This document shows, piece after piece, positions 41,989 to 58,424 of a DNA stretch of 64,000 nucleotides; the stretch's first letter is position 1, and each line of letters starts with the position of its first letter. Below the pieces are notes generated by a model. It saw only the letters and a list, made by a program, of their open reading frames with translations, did no database searches and was not told the origin of the DNA. Origin of the DNA: Octopus vulgaris (taxonomy: Eukaryota); the NCBI GenBank assembly GCA_951406725.2, contig OX597816.1, positions 31,372,001 to 31,436,000 on the forward strand, given 5' to 3'. The translations under genes were made by a program, and so were the position numbers.

Positions 41989-43180
41989 TCGGATGTTGTT
42001 GTTTAAGACCAGAACAATGCGGGAAGCAAGGAATTAAACTACAAAAGGAAGGCAATACTTTTGTATTATGGAATACTTTTGTATAGTGAAGATACAAATT
42101 CAAATTTGTGAGGAGATTTTCCTTTTTTTTTTCTGTCTATACGCTTGTTAACAACTTACAAATATGAAGACAGATAGGAAATACGGACCAAATAATTGGC
42201 CTAATGGGAAACATACTACATTCATACTTACCGCTTTAAAATTCAGCTGAAACACAGGGTATGCATTAACAGTGACGTGATTTTTCAATTCTCACTGCTT
42301 GAAATATTTAATGAGTGCTAACGAGTGAATTCGTTAATTTGAATCAACTCAGAACATATATTAATAGATGCATGGCAATATATATAAAACGTAAGATTAA
42401 ACGGAGAAAATTACATTTGAGATTAAATATACTAGAGTTACACCAATAATTATGTTTTTTTTAACATGATTCCCTAGAGTGACGCCAAATAGTAAGATAA
42501 TCATTTAATGGAAAAACAGACTGCATGCTCAGTGAATAAACAGAAGGTAAAATAATGAGAATTAAAATAGAAACAATGGAATGAAATAATTACAAAATAA
42601 GATAGGTTGCCATTATAGATTAAATAATTTCCTTCATTGCACTGACATGAAAATATTTCAATGATTAAACGGTGTCTTTAATTTATTTTGCAATTATTTT
42701 CTATTACATTTTCGTATCTTTTATTCTGTCATATATTTATATTTTACATTTTAGGTTTTTCAATTAAGCATGAATAACCACAGAGGCAAATTAGTTAATG
42801 CATGTTTAATTCACTGTGATTCCAAGTAGAAATTTTGAAGGAAGCAGCTTACGAAATAATAATATTGTACTTTATATATATACATAATATCTATACGTCC
42901 ATGCACACAAGTATGTACACCCACAATGGCTCACATACACAGAAGTATACATGCATTCATATATATATATATATATATGCATGTATATATGTATACATAT
43001 GTATCTATATATATATATGTGTGTGTCTGTGTGTGTATATATGTATGTAAATGTATATATGTGCGTTCTGTTAAGAACGTATTACAGTACAAATAGATCT
43101 TGTTCACCCTTAGAATTCCCAAATAGCCAGTAGTGTTATGGTATGTTACCAATTCTAGTTTTAACTATTTCTCGTGTGTG

Positions 43181-43492
43181 GAAATAAAAAGTAAAAAGTA
43201 AAGTCAAAGGAAAGAGTAATTACAGTTAGATTTTTAATCATTCCAAACGTTTTGATGCTTACAGATTCACGTATATACATGATTTCTAGTTAATTTTAAA
43301 TTTAAATGATATTATTTAACGATTTACCTGTATACGAAAATAAATCGTTACATAATTTTATTTAAATTCAAAATTAGCTTTAAATCCTGTATATACGTGA
43401 ATGAGTATGTATCAAAACATTTGTAGTGATTAAAGAAAGAGCTGTCTATATGTACTTGCTCATCCTTTTGACACTTTTACTTGCTACTTTTC
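43181..43492. repeat. AT-rich imperfect palindrome (~150-bp arms, centre ~43337)
   Basis: attcacgtatataca/tgtatatacgtgaat, taacgattta/taaatcgtta and gttttgatgc/gtatcaaaac nest symmetrically. Confidence 0.8.
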
Positions 43493-44379
43493 ATGTATAT
43501 CCTCAAAATCACTACATATACATATATATATAATCAATTTGAAGATGTAATGGCCTCCTTAGGGATTATAAAACCAAGAGATCAAGTGGTGTTATCAATG
43601 ATATATTGGGATAAATCTTTCGATATATAGAGATAAACTGACCAAATATACATATAAATACCCAAGTAATGTAAACATTAAGTTGTTAGAAAAGGAAGAG
43701 ATGACGTCGGGGAAGTAATAAGTGGAGGTATTAGATAAAATAAACATGCTAAAAATATATTGGGGATTTGAAAATAGTTGGTCAGGGGTTGGAGGGACAT
43801 TACGTAATCATTAGAAAAAATATAAAGACGGTTAGGTGTTGTTAGTGACAATATTTAAGTAGGTTAAGCTATTGTGATGACGTTAAGTAAATAAATTCAA
43901 TTAAAGAGAAGAAAAGAGAGATACGAAATGGGGATAGATAAGAAAAAATAAAAACATAAAAAATATAGAGAGAAATAAATTTGCTCAAGGAAAAGATAAC
44001 GAAATGAAAATTAAATCGAGGAATTTTATTTAAATGAAAGAAGCTAGAAAAAGCAATAAGTGATTAGGGACATATATAAAACATAAAATATATACGTGGA
44101 TTATAATATATTAATGTCATGGCTAATAAAGAATAGGTGATATTGTATACCTAGAAAATTATAATGTGGGAATTTAATTATGGTTCACTCACAAAGAGGC
44201 TTGAATTTTCACTGGTTAAGATCAATTAATAATGGAGGCTATACCTGTAAAATAAAATCTAATACAAATTCGAATGGAGAATATATATATATATATATAT
44301 AACTTTTACTTCTTTTACAAAATATCGCAGTAGAAATCTCGATTGAAAATATAACCCTGCGGGTCGAAATTTAGATGCA

Positions 44380-44760
44380 TAATACCACATTTACAGGTTG
44401 AGGCATGCGACGTTGTTCCACCTTTGAAGGGCCCGTGTCACTTGTAACATTGCGTACGACCCATTGCCCCGTCACCGTAACCTTGCCGAAGCATGCTCGA
44501 TCTCTCAGTGGCAGACTTCCCAATTTTAATGCAAAATTTCACTCTGGCTCTTTTTTTTCTAACATCTTGTCCATGCCAAAATCGCAGACTACAGCATCCT
44601 CGTGATCAAAAAATTACAGGTTTCAGAACTTGCAAAGTAAACACAGTGATGTCACTCGGCACACTGCCTCATCAACGTCACTACTAGATCTCGTTGAGCA
44701 CGCAACCGCATATTGCCATCTGTTAGTGCTCTACAAAAACTAGTCCCCTTTTGATACCTC
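44380..44760 (-). mobile_element. Mariner 5' fragment (HTH region)
   Basis: Minus strand gives KFCIKIGKSATE..SMLRQGYGDGAMGRTQCYK*H..FKGG (cf. KFC.KLGKSATET..ML..AYGD..MS.....WH). Confidence 0.7.
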
Positions 44761-44999
44761 CTTGTATATATATATATGTATATATATCAAATTATTATTA
44801 ATGCATCGCATGCTGACCTTTATAGTTGCTGCAACTTCAAAATGTATACATTAACGACCAATGACTTGTATTTTGACTCTGTTAACTTTTCTCGAATATT
44901 GCCTAGTTTCTATGACAATACACCTCAAAATGTCCGCTGTCTAATGCCCGAAGTTTGGTACATCAGGAGAGAATTACTAAAAACAAGTATTATGTTTCA

Positions 45000-46400
45000 C
45001 CTAACATTTACGACGCTAAATCATCTGCACAAGCTAAATGTTTTCACAAACATCACACAAGCATCTTCGTTTACTGACAATAACTTTCTTCGCTGAATTG
45101 AGTGAGAACACACGTTCACTTCGGTTTTATATTTCCCTTGAAAATCTAGGTAATATTTGTCTATCAGTTATTGACTTTACTTACGTATTTTCCTGACGGG
45201 GCGTGAATGAGTATTTAGAGGTTTCACAATTCCTTAGCATTAAGGAACAAATTGGGGATCCAAAACAAAGATACTAACTGTTTATAATCATTTGTATCTA
45301 GAGTAAAACGCGGGATGTCAGAATTGAAATCGTTAACTATAAACTGAATGTAGGAGGTTTTATAGAGACACGCGCAGATTACCATAATTTATGGAAGACT
45401 TTATAGTCTTTCTCGTTTTACAAATTTGTACATGTATTCCAACAGGATTTCTCAATTATGACTGTTTATAACTTGTTGGAAACAAGGGAAACAGCTTCAA
45501 AACCAAACCAAATGCCTTATAGTCGACATAAATTTTGCATTCCACTAAAGCGGTAAATAATATATTTTAAAGCACTGAAATTCGGAGAAATATATTCTGC
45601 AATAGATGTTCTGTATAGGGCACCATATAAGCATCTGCGGGTGAATCAAATAAGTCGTTGTTCTTTTGCTGGTATTGTCAACTAAATGAAGTTGTGAAAG
45701 CCGGATGCAGTTATATGGCTCACGAAAGTATTTTTCATTAGCCATCTTTATTTCTGACATTCAAATAAACCCGGCCACTGAAAATGTAAATGAAAAGAAT
45801 ACTTTTGAACATAAACGTACAAGATAAGTTCAAGAGGTACCAAAGTGAACCTAACAAATAAATTCTTCCTCAAAATAGGAATATTAAAGTGTAAACAGTT
45901 TAGTCTTACGAGAGCTTATTTCAAATTTAAATCTACTTCATAATATTTATCGATGTATGTAATTAATATAACTGAAACTATCGAAAGCACCTTCTCTTCC
46001 TTCTAATTCAGTAACTGTAGGCTATAACTAACAGTTTTAGAAATGACATTTTTACGACCTACCCAAGCAAATGAGAACTTTTGTATGTTGTTAAATAGCA
46101 AAATCACTGCTGAAGTTTCTAATAGAAATGGTATACAGAAAAGTGTGCCAGAGACGGTAGAATTGCTGAGCAAAAGACTGCGTTAATGATGTAATTAATG
46201 TCAAGGTGTATAGTACCTTTTACATTCCATTAGAATAGTTTCCGCCTATGATTCATTGGCTCGTGATTTTATCCATCTAACACTATAAATTATATACTAT
46301 AAATTCAGCCCATGAAGATGTTTCATGATTTCAAGGGGATGTGTCGGGCGAGGTAAAACAATTTGGATGAATATATCTATATTTCAATAACGTTTGGAAG
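45000..46400 (-). mobile_element. Highly decayed RTE-like LINE RT remnant
   Basis: PADAYMVPYTEHLLQ near 45590-45640 resembles RTE FADDAALVAH.E..LQ. The rest is too degenerate and the limits are uncertain. Confidence 0.3.
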
Positions 46401-48689
46401 AGTTCATTTTAAAGTTATGCGTGGAGAAGTTATTTGCTGAGATTAATTTCATCAGCTTCTCATACCGAAGCACTGCGAGAAAAAAAATGTCTATGAAAAA
46501 AACACATGTATGTTCTCTAAAGTCGCCTGCAAACCAGCTAGTATTTCGTGTCCATTATTGATGATTACAACTGCTGGAAAATTAAATTGAGGTATAATTC
46601 AAGAGAGTTTAAGATAAGATTTAATTCATTTAAATTTTCTAGTGAGAAATGAGTCAGAGATAGCAGTCTACAAAATATTAAAAGCAATAACAGCAGCAGG
46701 CAAATTCTACCGTCTCTGGTGGAAATGTAAGAATCTCTATTGTTATTATAATAGCATGAAATTATCAGAGCAAAATTTGAGTGGTTTCTATTGAATATAC
46801 TGTTATCTATTTCAGTTCTTCAAATATATTTCTCCGTTGCTATATTTTAATCATCATCGTATTTCACAATATCTTCTGTCTGGAGAACAATTTAAAAGCA
46901 ATTTAAAGAAGTTTGAATTCACCTAGCGTCTCAGAATAGTTTTGCTAACTGTAGAAGAAAATTCTCGGAACGAAAAGCAGGTTTTCAAAATATATGATGT
47001 AGTAATGTATGATTTATGAATATAAAACACCTCTAAACTGAAAATTGTAATGCTCTTACACTTAGCAAATATGATTGGGAAATGTAACATGATGAAAATA
47101 TATTTGGTGGATTTCATATGCCGTGATTAATGATTTAATGATGATGAGAATGTTGTTGTTGTTGTTTGTGGTAGTGGTGGTTTTGGTTGTGACAACGACG
47201 ACGACGGCGACGATGATGATGATGATGATAATGATGATGATGATGACTACGATTAAGATGATGAATAATTCTTCCTTACAGTAAAATGTATATTATATTA
47301 AATTATTGCTTGCAAAGACCTTAAGACCACAATATTTGATTTCACTTTATAAGATTCGAGATATATACATTTTTCATTTATTCTTTTATATATACATATA
47401 CATACACAGTTTGTCCATTCTACGCACACACGCGCGCACGCGTGCACACACATGCATTATATATATATGTGTGTGTGTGTGTGTCTGTGTGGGTATGCGT
47501 GTGTGTATGTGTGTATGCATATATAACGTGTAGTTGAGTTCGAAATTGAAACACTCCTGTCTTTATCATCTGTGTTTAATGATCTAAGCAAATGTGTACA
47601 AGATCAGCGATCGATAATAGTGTAAAGAAAGTTGCCATGTAGTTTATTAAATACAGATAATAAAGAATCCATGATATTGACCGCCACATGTGTTTACGTT
47701 CTCTGTTTGTCACGAAAGTAATTTCTTCGATGCTTTTTGCATGAAACTACGTCAATCACAGCTCAGCCGAGCATGTAATATCTCCTGCAATATCAAATTT
47801 ACGGCAGATGCTTACAACAAATGCACTGTAATAATCGTGTCGAGAGGATATCTAGAACCTACTCAAAACATGTTATAATTTTCTCATACATAACTGTTAA
47901 GATACATTTCTCCTTGCTGAGTTATAATAATATATTGTATGCGGAGATCAAACATGTATTTTCCATCCCTTCACCCAGCATTGCTTTCGTACCATTCGCA
48001 CCATTTGCCGATATTCGAAGAAGTGTAGCAGTGATATTGTAAATATTTGGCTTACTTCAATAACGCTCACCTATTACTCTTAATGTCCAACGATAATATA
48101 AGCTGGTAAATTGCCATTTCAGTGAAGAACCACAAAGGAATTGATCATGGCTTATTGATATCCTTAATGAATTATGACCATGGTGACGATCAGTTCTGTA
48201 GAAAATTTGTTCCACGTGTATAATTATTTGTATTAATAGACATCAGGAAAGAACTACACTATCGCTCACACTGGTAAATTATTGAACCTCCCTTAACTCT
48301 TAAGCATTTCAACCGGCCATTTTTGGCTCAAATATTCCACACTTTTATCTTGAAACCATCCCGACCTTGACTACCACATCTAACCTTCAATGACATTCTA
48401 AAATTCGATAGTCACATTTTCAAAATCATGAAGCTACAAGCTAATGCATGGTTAATTCAGATAAGAAATACATTTGATTGAGTAATCTGAATGGTAAAGA
48501 GTTAAACCACACTTCTTTACGTCAAGACATGGGAAACATATACCTCACTTAATGTGGTCCTGAGAACGAGCTGCCCAACTAAGGTGGGATGGTCGTGAAT
48601 CATAGCTTCTGTTCATTAGTCAAGAATGTCCAGCAACAACAACAGCAAATACATCACATCTGTGACACAAAATATATCGGTGAGATCAC

Positions 48690-48850
48690 AGAATCGCTAG
48701 CACGCAAGGCAAGCTCCGTGTTCAAATTCTATTAGAGCCGACTTTGACTTTTATCCTTTCTGAGCTGATAAAATAAGTACCAGTTTACCACTGGTGTCAA
48801 CTTATCCCTCCGCCGAACTTGATATTAGTGTGCAGATTTTGAAACCAATA
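48690..48850 (+). mobile_element. Degenerate SINE (family A)
   Basis: gttcaaattc...gactttgacttttatcctttc...aataagtaccagtt. Confidence 0.6.
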
Positions 48851-50075
48851 TGTCATGAAATCAGAATTCTAGAATCATACCATACTACAAGCCATCAGCC
48901 TTAATGCAGATTGCTTGCCAAGAAAACAAAGCAGAAAATGAATATCGCGATGTTCAGAGTAACTTGTGGAATATTGAATGTTTTTTGCATTAGAACAATA
49001 TGAAAATTCCAAAGAGAGCAAATGGAATTCCTTCTGTTATCTTAGTTGGAACCGTAATAAAAATGTGATGCCTTTGAAGTATGGCTATGTTGGGCTTCTA
49101 AGCACGTGACTGAATTTGAATAAAGAAATCTTAACATCGTGAAAAATACATCGTTCCTCGTTTCAATAATTCATGGATAACTTCACTGTCACTTCAAGGC
49201 ACAGATGCATTTCCAATAAATAAATGAATAATCAAAAAAAAATAAAACGGTAAAACTAAAATCTTACCATTAGTTTTCTTTGAGTCATCATTTCTAATTT
49301 CTCATCCCATTTACATAATTTAATGCTAATTAAAGATATATTTTTGGGAAATATTAAAGATTCTCAGTTATAATCATTTCATACATTTTTTGCAAATATT
49401 GTGAAACACAGCGTAATTTTTGGTTATGTATCAGCATGATAATAATTTGTATTAATAATTATTACTCTCTATGATTAATTCTATTTTTAATGAATCAAGA
49501 CGAATATTAATTAAATGGATTGAAGAATCTAAGGCTTTTCGGCATTTATTTCCTTAAAATATTCCTTCGTTACAAATGAATATCATTAAATACAGAGTTA
49601 TTCCCTTATCATCATAAGCACAGCCATATATCGTGTATGCATAAGCCTCGGCTTTGCAATCAGTGTCAATCGGTGTTCCACTTTAAGACTGCATATATTT
49701 AGAGATTTTTATACACATATCATTAAATACTAGATATTAGGAAATGATATACGCACGAATACATGAATTCGTTCTTAACAGTAATATATGCGTTTGCGAG
49801 CGTATACACATGTATGTAATCAGAAATGAAACGCATACATATATATTATTATTATACGTACATATATATATACAGACGACAGAGAAACAAACAGATACAA
49901 AAATAGGTAGATACAAAGATAGATACGTCTGTGTGTACCTAAATTTATGTGTAAGTCAAGATATATATGCATATCATTTTTGTCTTTCCCAATTTCTTTT
50001 TATATATTCATATGTATGCATATATGCTATCATACATACGCACATAATTATGATATAAGTGTATACAGGATTATA

Positions 50076-50123
<48 letters not shown>

Positions 50124-50171
50124 AACAAGTATATATTTATATACCTGTATGAATATATATATATATATATT

Positions 50172-50540
50172 AGGCGTAGGAATGACTGTGTGGCAAGTAG
50201 CTTGCTTACCAACTACATTGTTCCGTGTTCAGTCCTACTGCGTATCACCTAGGGCAAGTGTCTTCTACTATAGCTTCGGCAATAGTAGGCGGAAAGTGTA
50301 ACAAGCCTATCGTATATACACATATATGTGTTTGTGTGTGCGTGGGTCTGTTCGTCACTAGACATCGCTTGATAACCGATGCCGGTGTGTTTACATCCCC
50401 GTAAATTAGCAGTTCGGCAAAAAGAAATCCGATTGAATACGTACTAAGCTTGTAAAGAATAAGTCCTGGGATCGATTTCGTTGACATGACGATGCCCCAG
50501 CATGGCCGCGTTGACATGACTGAAGCAAACGAATAAAACA
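50172..50540 (+). mobile_element. Composite SINE (family B)
   Basis: Head ggcgtagg..ctgtgtgg..gttcagtcc and tail ccagcatggccgc..atgactgaa. Confidence 0.75.
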
Positions 50541-50563
50541 ATAAATATTCACACACACATATA

Positions 50564-50619
<56 letters not shown>

Positions 50620-50668
50620 TAGCAATAATAAATCTCTGAACGAGGTATAGACAGTACCTGCACGATAT

Positions 50669-51097
50669 TGTGAAGTATATTTGCCAACTAAATATGGCTA
50701 ACCACTAAAGGTGGGTGTTACTGTAGCTTGTAGGTCCAGGGGAACATCTTCTCCAGCTGGCTATTGACACACTATCTGCGTCCTATAGGTATTTGCAAAG
50801 GGAGGTCATCCTTCCCTCGTCAACCTAAGTGATACGCATGGACTGCAGTTTCTGTGTATTCACCCGTCATCAAAACCGGTGATTGTCGTGCTCTGATGAC
50901 GGGTCAATATCCAGAAACTGCAGTTCTTACGTATCACTTAGGTTGACAAGGGAATGATGACCTCCCTTTGTAAATACCGATAGGGCACAGAAAGTGTGTC
51001 AATAGCCAGCTGGAGAAGATGTTCCCCTGGACCTACAAGCTACGGTAACATCCACCTTTAGTGGTTAGCCATATTGAGATGGCGAATATACTTCACA
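50669..51097. repeat. ~430-bp near-perfect palindrome (~205-bp arms, ~20-bp spacer) with hammerhead-like cores flanking the centre
   Basis: ccaggggaacatcttctccagctggctattgacacact vs agtgtgtcaatagccagctggagaagatgttcccctgg. Plus strand 50893-50925: CTGATGA-c-ggg-tcaata-tcc-a-GAAAC-tgca-GTT; mirror copy TTGATGA...GAAAC-tgca-GTC. Confidence 0.9.
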
Positions 51098-51099
51098 TT

Positions 51100-51177
<78 letters not shown>

Positions 51178-51182
51178 ATATA

Positions 51183-51255
<73 letters not shown>

Positions 51256-52479
51256 TATATACATGCATATACATATACATATACATATGCCTATATACAT
51301 ACATGCATGCATTTGCATAAGAGTGGTAGTGGGAAAGTTTGGAGAATAGAATGTAAAAACCTATTAAAGTAATATGCGGTAGCGATGTGTTGAACGTTAA
51401 ATTGAAGATATCTCTGAGAGAAAACGATAAACGAAAAGATATGTATTTACGCCTGCGCATATCTATAGAGAAAGATGCGTATGATTTTGTATTGCGTTGT
51501 TATGATACGTTCTTATATTTTCCTAGGAGCGCTTACAAAACCTTGTTACTATGGTGCTTAATATTGATTTATGATGATCCCTGTACAGGTGAGAAATGCT
51601 TTCCATTTCATGATGTCTCTCATACACGATTCATACTCAAATTCAAAAAGATTACTATTTGTTCTTTGATTTTGCATTTTTTAACATTCACTGATCATAT
51701 AAAAAAATAACAGAACACTTTCGCCGCAGATCATATTAACTTCAATGAATCTACAATGTAGGATATTCGTTTGATTGTTCGATATAACATATTGCGATTA
51801 AATATATGCTTTTTCTTTTAACATCTAATTTTTATTATGCGAGATATAACTACCACTTATAGAATCGGTTTTAGCTCGTGTGCTTGCTATTCTCTCTTTC
51901 TCCCACTCTCTCTCTCTCCCTCTCTCTTTTTCTTTGTCTCTCTCGCTTATTATATCAGCTTTCCCCCACTCCTTTTGGTTTTGCAAACTACTTTCTCAGT
52001 TTACCTCTAACTTTTTGCTCAATTATATATGTAACCGACTTTCTTCCTGATCCCTTTGCTATTAGATTCTATAAGATCATCGTCCTTCTATTACCATTAC
52101 AGCTGCTCTTTGAGCAAGCATACCATGGAGCAACATGGATCGAAAGGAAGAGATTTTTTATTATGTTTAACTTTTAGAAGTCATAACTATCATATTGCCA
52201 CTATACCATAGCAGATTTCCTTAGTAAATGTGCATGTTGGGTTAACGAAAAACAGTCCTTGAAAACAATCAAATGGCGAATAGATTCATATCTATATATC
52301 TATATGTCCATATATGTATGTATGTATGTGTGCGTGTGCGCGCACGTTTAAGTTATACAGAAAATTCTCTTTGTGGGTGTGGGCGCAAGTGACTCGCTAT
52401 GCACATACGTGTGATATATATGCATGCATGTGTATATATATATATATGTATATATATGTATGTCTGTACACACACACAC

Positions 52480-52542
<63 letters not shown>

Positions 52543-52909
52543 CACATAGACACGTAGGACACACACACACTCACGCATATATATGGAAAGAAGGGATGTA
52601 TTTCCATGCAGGAAAAATATGGGAGATTTTATTTTTCAAAATGCACCTGAATTTGAAAAACTTGTTTTGAAATACACTTATTTACATACATACCAGATTA
52701 CTTTCAACAATGTTTTGTTTATCAATGGTACAAATGTATATGAAACAATCAGATTTCAACAGAATTTTAAATTACGAAATAGAAAACATGTTGAAATGTT
52801 CACAATATTCAATGATAGTGGTAGACAATATCAAAAATCATCGGCAAAGAATATAAAAAATGTGCATTGCTAAAAGTTCAGTCATATTGAGTTATTATAG
52901 AATGCATGG

Positions 52910-52951
<42 letters not shown>

Positions 52952-54091
52952 AGTAAAGAAGAGAGTAAAAAAAATGTTTTGCTACAGTTTCTCTCGCCTT
53001 CTGTGTACCTCTTTTTTCCGTCGCGTACAGGGCGTCTTGCTTTTAACGAAGTATTTCGCGATAAGAGTATATCGTGTGTATATAAATGTTATCCCGTCAA
53101 CGGATGTAATTTTTGATTCGCTACAATTTTTATGACGCGTATGTTATTCGTCAAAAAATAGATCTTGTTTTGACATTGGTATTTTGGTACGTTGGTGGGT
53201 TCATTCCCAGTACATAGGAATAGGTTTTAATTGGTAGTAGTTTTATTGACGTCACATTATTTTGATGAAGTACCTGTTTTTCTATTTTGGTCAGGTTTCG
53301 TGTTCTGCTTCGTTGACTTACCTGCATAGAATGGTCAGCAACCGTTCCGGTTGGTGGACTCTCGTAAAGGTCGCTTTGTTATTTTCCTCAGTGTCCGGCT
53401 CTGAGTGAAGGTTAAAATTTATATACATAAAAACGCTATATTGAAACACTGAACACAAAACACATTTTTTTCTTTTCATTTTTTCACTATTAATTTTCCT
53501 TTATTCCTTTCGGTCGAAGACCATTGTCTCGAAACGAATAATACTTTTTGCATTTGTCTCGAACGTCAAACTAAAACATCTTGTTGATCTTACACCTGTC
53601 TGCGTCTTTGTTTAAGGACTATATTAAACCTGGGTCATTAAACAGTCGCAAAGAAGTTTTATCTAAATTTGTCCGTTTCATGATTAAATTTCCGTTTGCT
53701 GATTAGAATGGGGGGGGCAGTAAGGGGTGTTTTATCTTACGGTGGAAGTGGGACAATCGTCTTCATTTTGTTTTTCATATAATCATATATAAGTGAGAAT
53801 TTGAAAAGATGTGTAATACTTGCAAATGTGTGTGTATAGCTGTTGCTATTGTAGAATTAATTTCACTTAAAGTATGCCTGAGTATTAACATATGTGAAAA
53901 CATACGTCTTTATAAATATGGACATATGTAGAGATCTGTGTGCACGTGAATATTTGATGTGTGTTATGATCGTCCAAGTTTTGTTATATTATGATATATA
54001 TGGATGTGAATGAAGGCATACTTAGATATATTAATTTATATTACGGTTCTAGTTGAATGTATATTATTATAAGTGCATAATGTAATATGAG

Positions 54092-55560
<1,469 letters not shown>

Positions 55561-56210
55561 AGGTATATATGCATATATATATGTATATATTTGTGAGATT
55601 ATGTAAATGTATATAAAGGTATAACCTAGTAAGCGTGCGCTTTTGATAAGTACACATTATTATATATGTATCATTTAGTGCATACTTTGATAAAAAACAT
55701 TTTTGTACTTATTTTTCATACTTATTAGTTCTATATTATTCACTTTATTTTTGGTAATCTAATTTATGCTAAGTTTTAACTACGTAAATATATACACACA
55801 TACACACACATATGTATGTATGTATAAATGTATGTATGCATGTATATACATATATATATATATATAAATACTATAATATTATTTAAACATTACTTTGTAA
55901 TTACTTAATTATTACCGCCCCTTAAAAATTAACTAGAATTTTTTTTGAAAATACAAGCGACCTTACCACATTAATAATGTTAGCTGCATTTATAAGTAAA
56001 ACTTCTTTTTTCCCGTTAGATCAATTTAATTAGATTATACACGAATTCTATCAAATTTAAATATATATTTAACAGATCAAATACTTTTACTTTACATGAC
56101 CCATAACGATATATTTTTTAGAGGTGATTGTACAATTTTGAGTGTGTATGTATTATCCATGTATTCGTACTCGGTTACGTATCTGTGCGTGCATACAGGC
56201 ATATACTTAC

Positions 56211-56282
<72 letters not shown>

Positions 56283-56400
56283 TTGCATATAGGTTCACAT
56301 GCTTAATATGATGAAATTTGCGTTATGTATGTGTTGACGTGTGTGTGTTTGTGTAGTTGCTCTGTGTTTGCTTCTATATGTATATAAATATATGTATATT

Positions 56401-56437
<37 letters not shown>

Positions 56438-56443
56438 GCATAA

Positions 56444-56504
<61 letters not shown>

Positions 56505-56644
56505 TATATATGTGTGTTCATCTATATATATACATATATACGAGTGATTTTTTATATGTATTCATTTACATGAAATTTCGCACAGAGATGAATCTACATG
56601 TATGTCTTCATATGTGCATACATATTCGTATGTATTGTTTGTGC

Positions 56645-56708
<64 letters not shown>

Positions 56709-56890
56709 GGTTTGAAGATGATGTACAGGTATTTTATATTAGAAGAAATGAGGTACTCAGAAATTCCGATGGTTTTATATTTACAGATATTTATTTGTAT
56801 ATTACATGCTTTTATACATCATATAACTTGCATCATATTTCATATATTAGGGCTTTCGCCCATTCTGGTGGAGTTTTCAAAGTGAACTAC

Positions 56891-57350
56891 GTTCTTGTGG
56901 GAAAGTTTTGACCATTTTATAGTGTCATTGTGAGTGTAGTGGCGGGAAGGGATATAAAGATAGCACAAGAGGGTGATGAATGGTGAGAATGTGAGAGAGA
57001 GCATGTGTGTGCATGTGTGTGGTTGTGTGTGTGTGCGTTTTTGTATCTGAAAGATTTGTTAAAGAAAAAGAAGGAAAGGAAGAAAATGGTGAGAGGGAAG
57101 AAGAAAAAATTGTTTTGCTGTTTTGTTTTCGTAGTTGGCCAGGATGTTTACTCTAAGGGGGATCTTGTGGAAATTGTTTTGACCATTTTATAGTGTAATT
57201 GAGTGTTTAGTGCTTGCGAGGCATATAAGATATTACAAGAGGGTAATGGATGGGGAGAAAGTGAGAGAGAGCATATGTGTGTGTGCGTGTGTATGTGTTT
57301 GTATCTGAAAGATGTGTTAAAGAAAAAGACGGCAAGAAGGAAGAGAGAGA
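56891..57350 (+). repeat. Diverged tandem duplication, period ~270 bp
   Basis: ttttgaccattttatagtgt...caagagggt...ttgtatctgaaagat.tgttaaagaaaaaga occurs at ~56906 and ~57177. Confidence 0.85.
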
Positions 57351-57780
57351 GAAAGAAGACCATAACTTGTATTTCCTTTTTATCACTGTCTTGTGAGTGT
57401 GTGTCTGTGTGTGTTTATGTGCGCTGCTTTGTGGTTCATGTGTTTGTGTCTTTGTATCTGAAATAGGTGCTAAGGAGGAATGGTCAATTTGTTAAGAGTA
57501 ACCAGTCATTGGCTATTAGGAATGGTCAAGTGTGCCACTTTTGTTTATATTTTTGCAACTGTAAATGGTTTTTGGTTTTTAGAAATTGGCCATTTCAAAA
57601 AAGAAGTCTTGATTTCTTTTCCTTATTGTTTTGTGAAGGAGTGTGTGTATGTGTGTATGTGTGTGTGTGTTTGTGTGTGTACAGGTGCCTGTGAATCTGG
57701 AAGGGGTGTCGTTGGAGGAGGGAAGAAAGAAGAAAAAAAGGAAGAGGAAATAACTGTTTTGATATTTATACCAACATTCA

Positions 57781-58187
57781 GTTCTTTGAATCCAATGTTT
57801 GATTCCTGTGCTTACATGGGATGGAAAAACTTCGTGAAACAATAGCATCCAGAAATTTTGAACAATAAAAGTTTTAGAGGATGAAGACTTCGAATGAACA
57901 CACGACACCAGAGTGGACGTACGGAAGTAAACAATAGACGAATACGAACATATAGCCCCGTTAGGCCAAGACGAAATGTAATGGGTAAATTTCACATCAG
58001 TGTTAGCCAATAGAATTCATCGTGGCCTAACAGTCCTAAATGTATGTCTTGTCGATTGTTTACTTCCGTCCGTCTACTATGGTGATTTTCGTTCATTCGA
58101 ATCCCCAACACTCCATAAATTTTATATTTTTAGAATTTGAGGATGCTGCTGACTTATGTCGTTTTCCTGTCTTGTCGTTCAAAGAAC
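57781..58187. repeat. Imperfect long inverted repeat centred near 57995
   Basis: Nested pairs: gttaggcca/tggcctaac, acggaagtaaacaat/attgtttacttccgt, ttcgaatgaac/gttcattcgaa, agcatcc/ggatgct, gttctttgaa/ttcaaagaac. Confidence 0.8.
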
Positions 58188-58318
58188 GAAACAGGGAATA
58201 AAATCACAGTCGACAACTGATGAGTGGTTATAGTTCTATTGGTATTTTGCCCCATACTTATCCGTTGTGTAATTACGTATTTTTTATTCGTTGGTGATGT
58301 CCTGGTCTTAATGTGTAT

Positions 58319-58424
<106 letters not shown>

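Noticed and set aside
53505-53545. tcgaaga-ccattgtctc-gaaacg hammerhead-like spacing
   Set aside because: Core and stems are too degenerate to call as a feature; noted only as a possible decayed copy.
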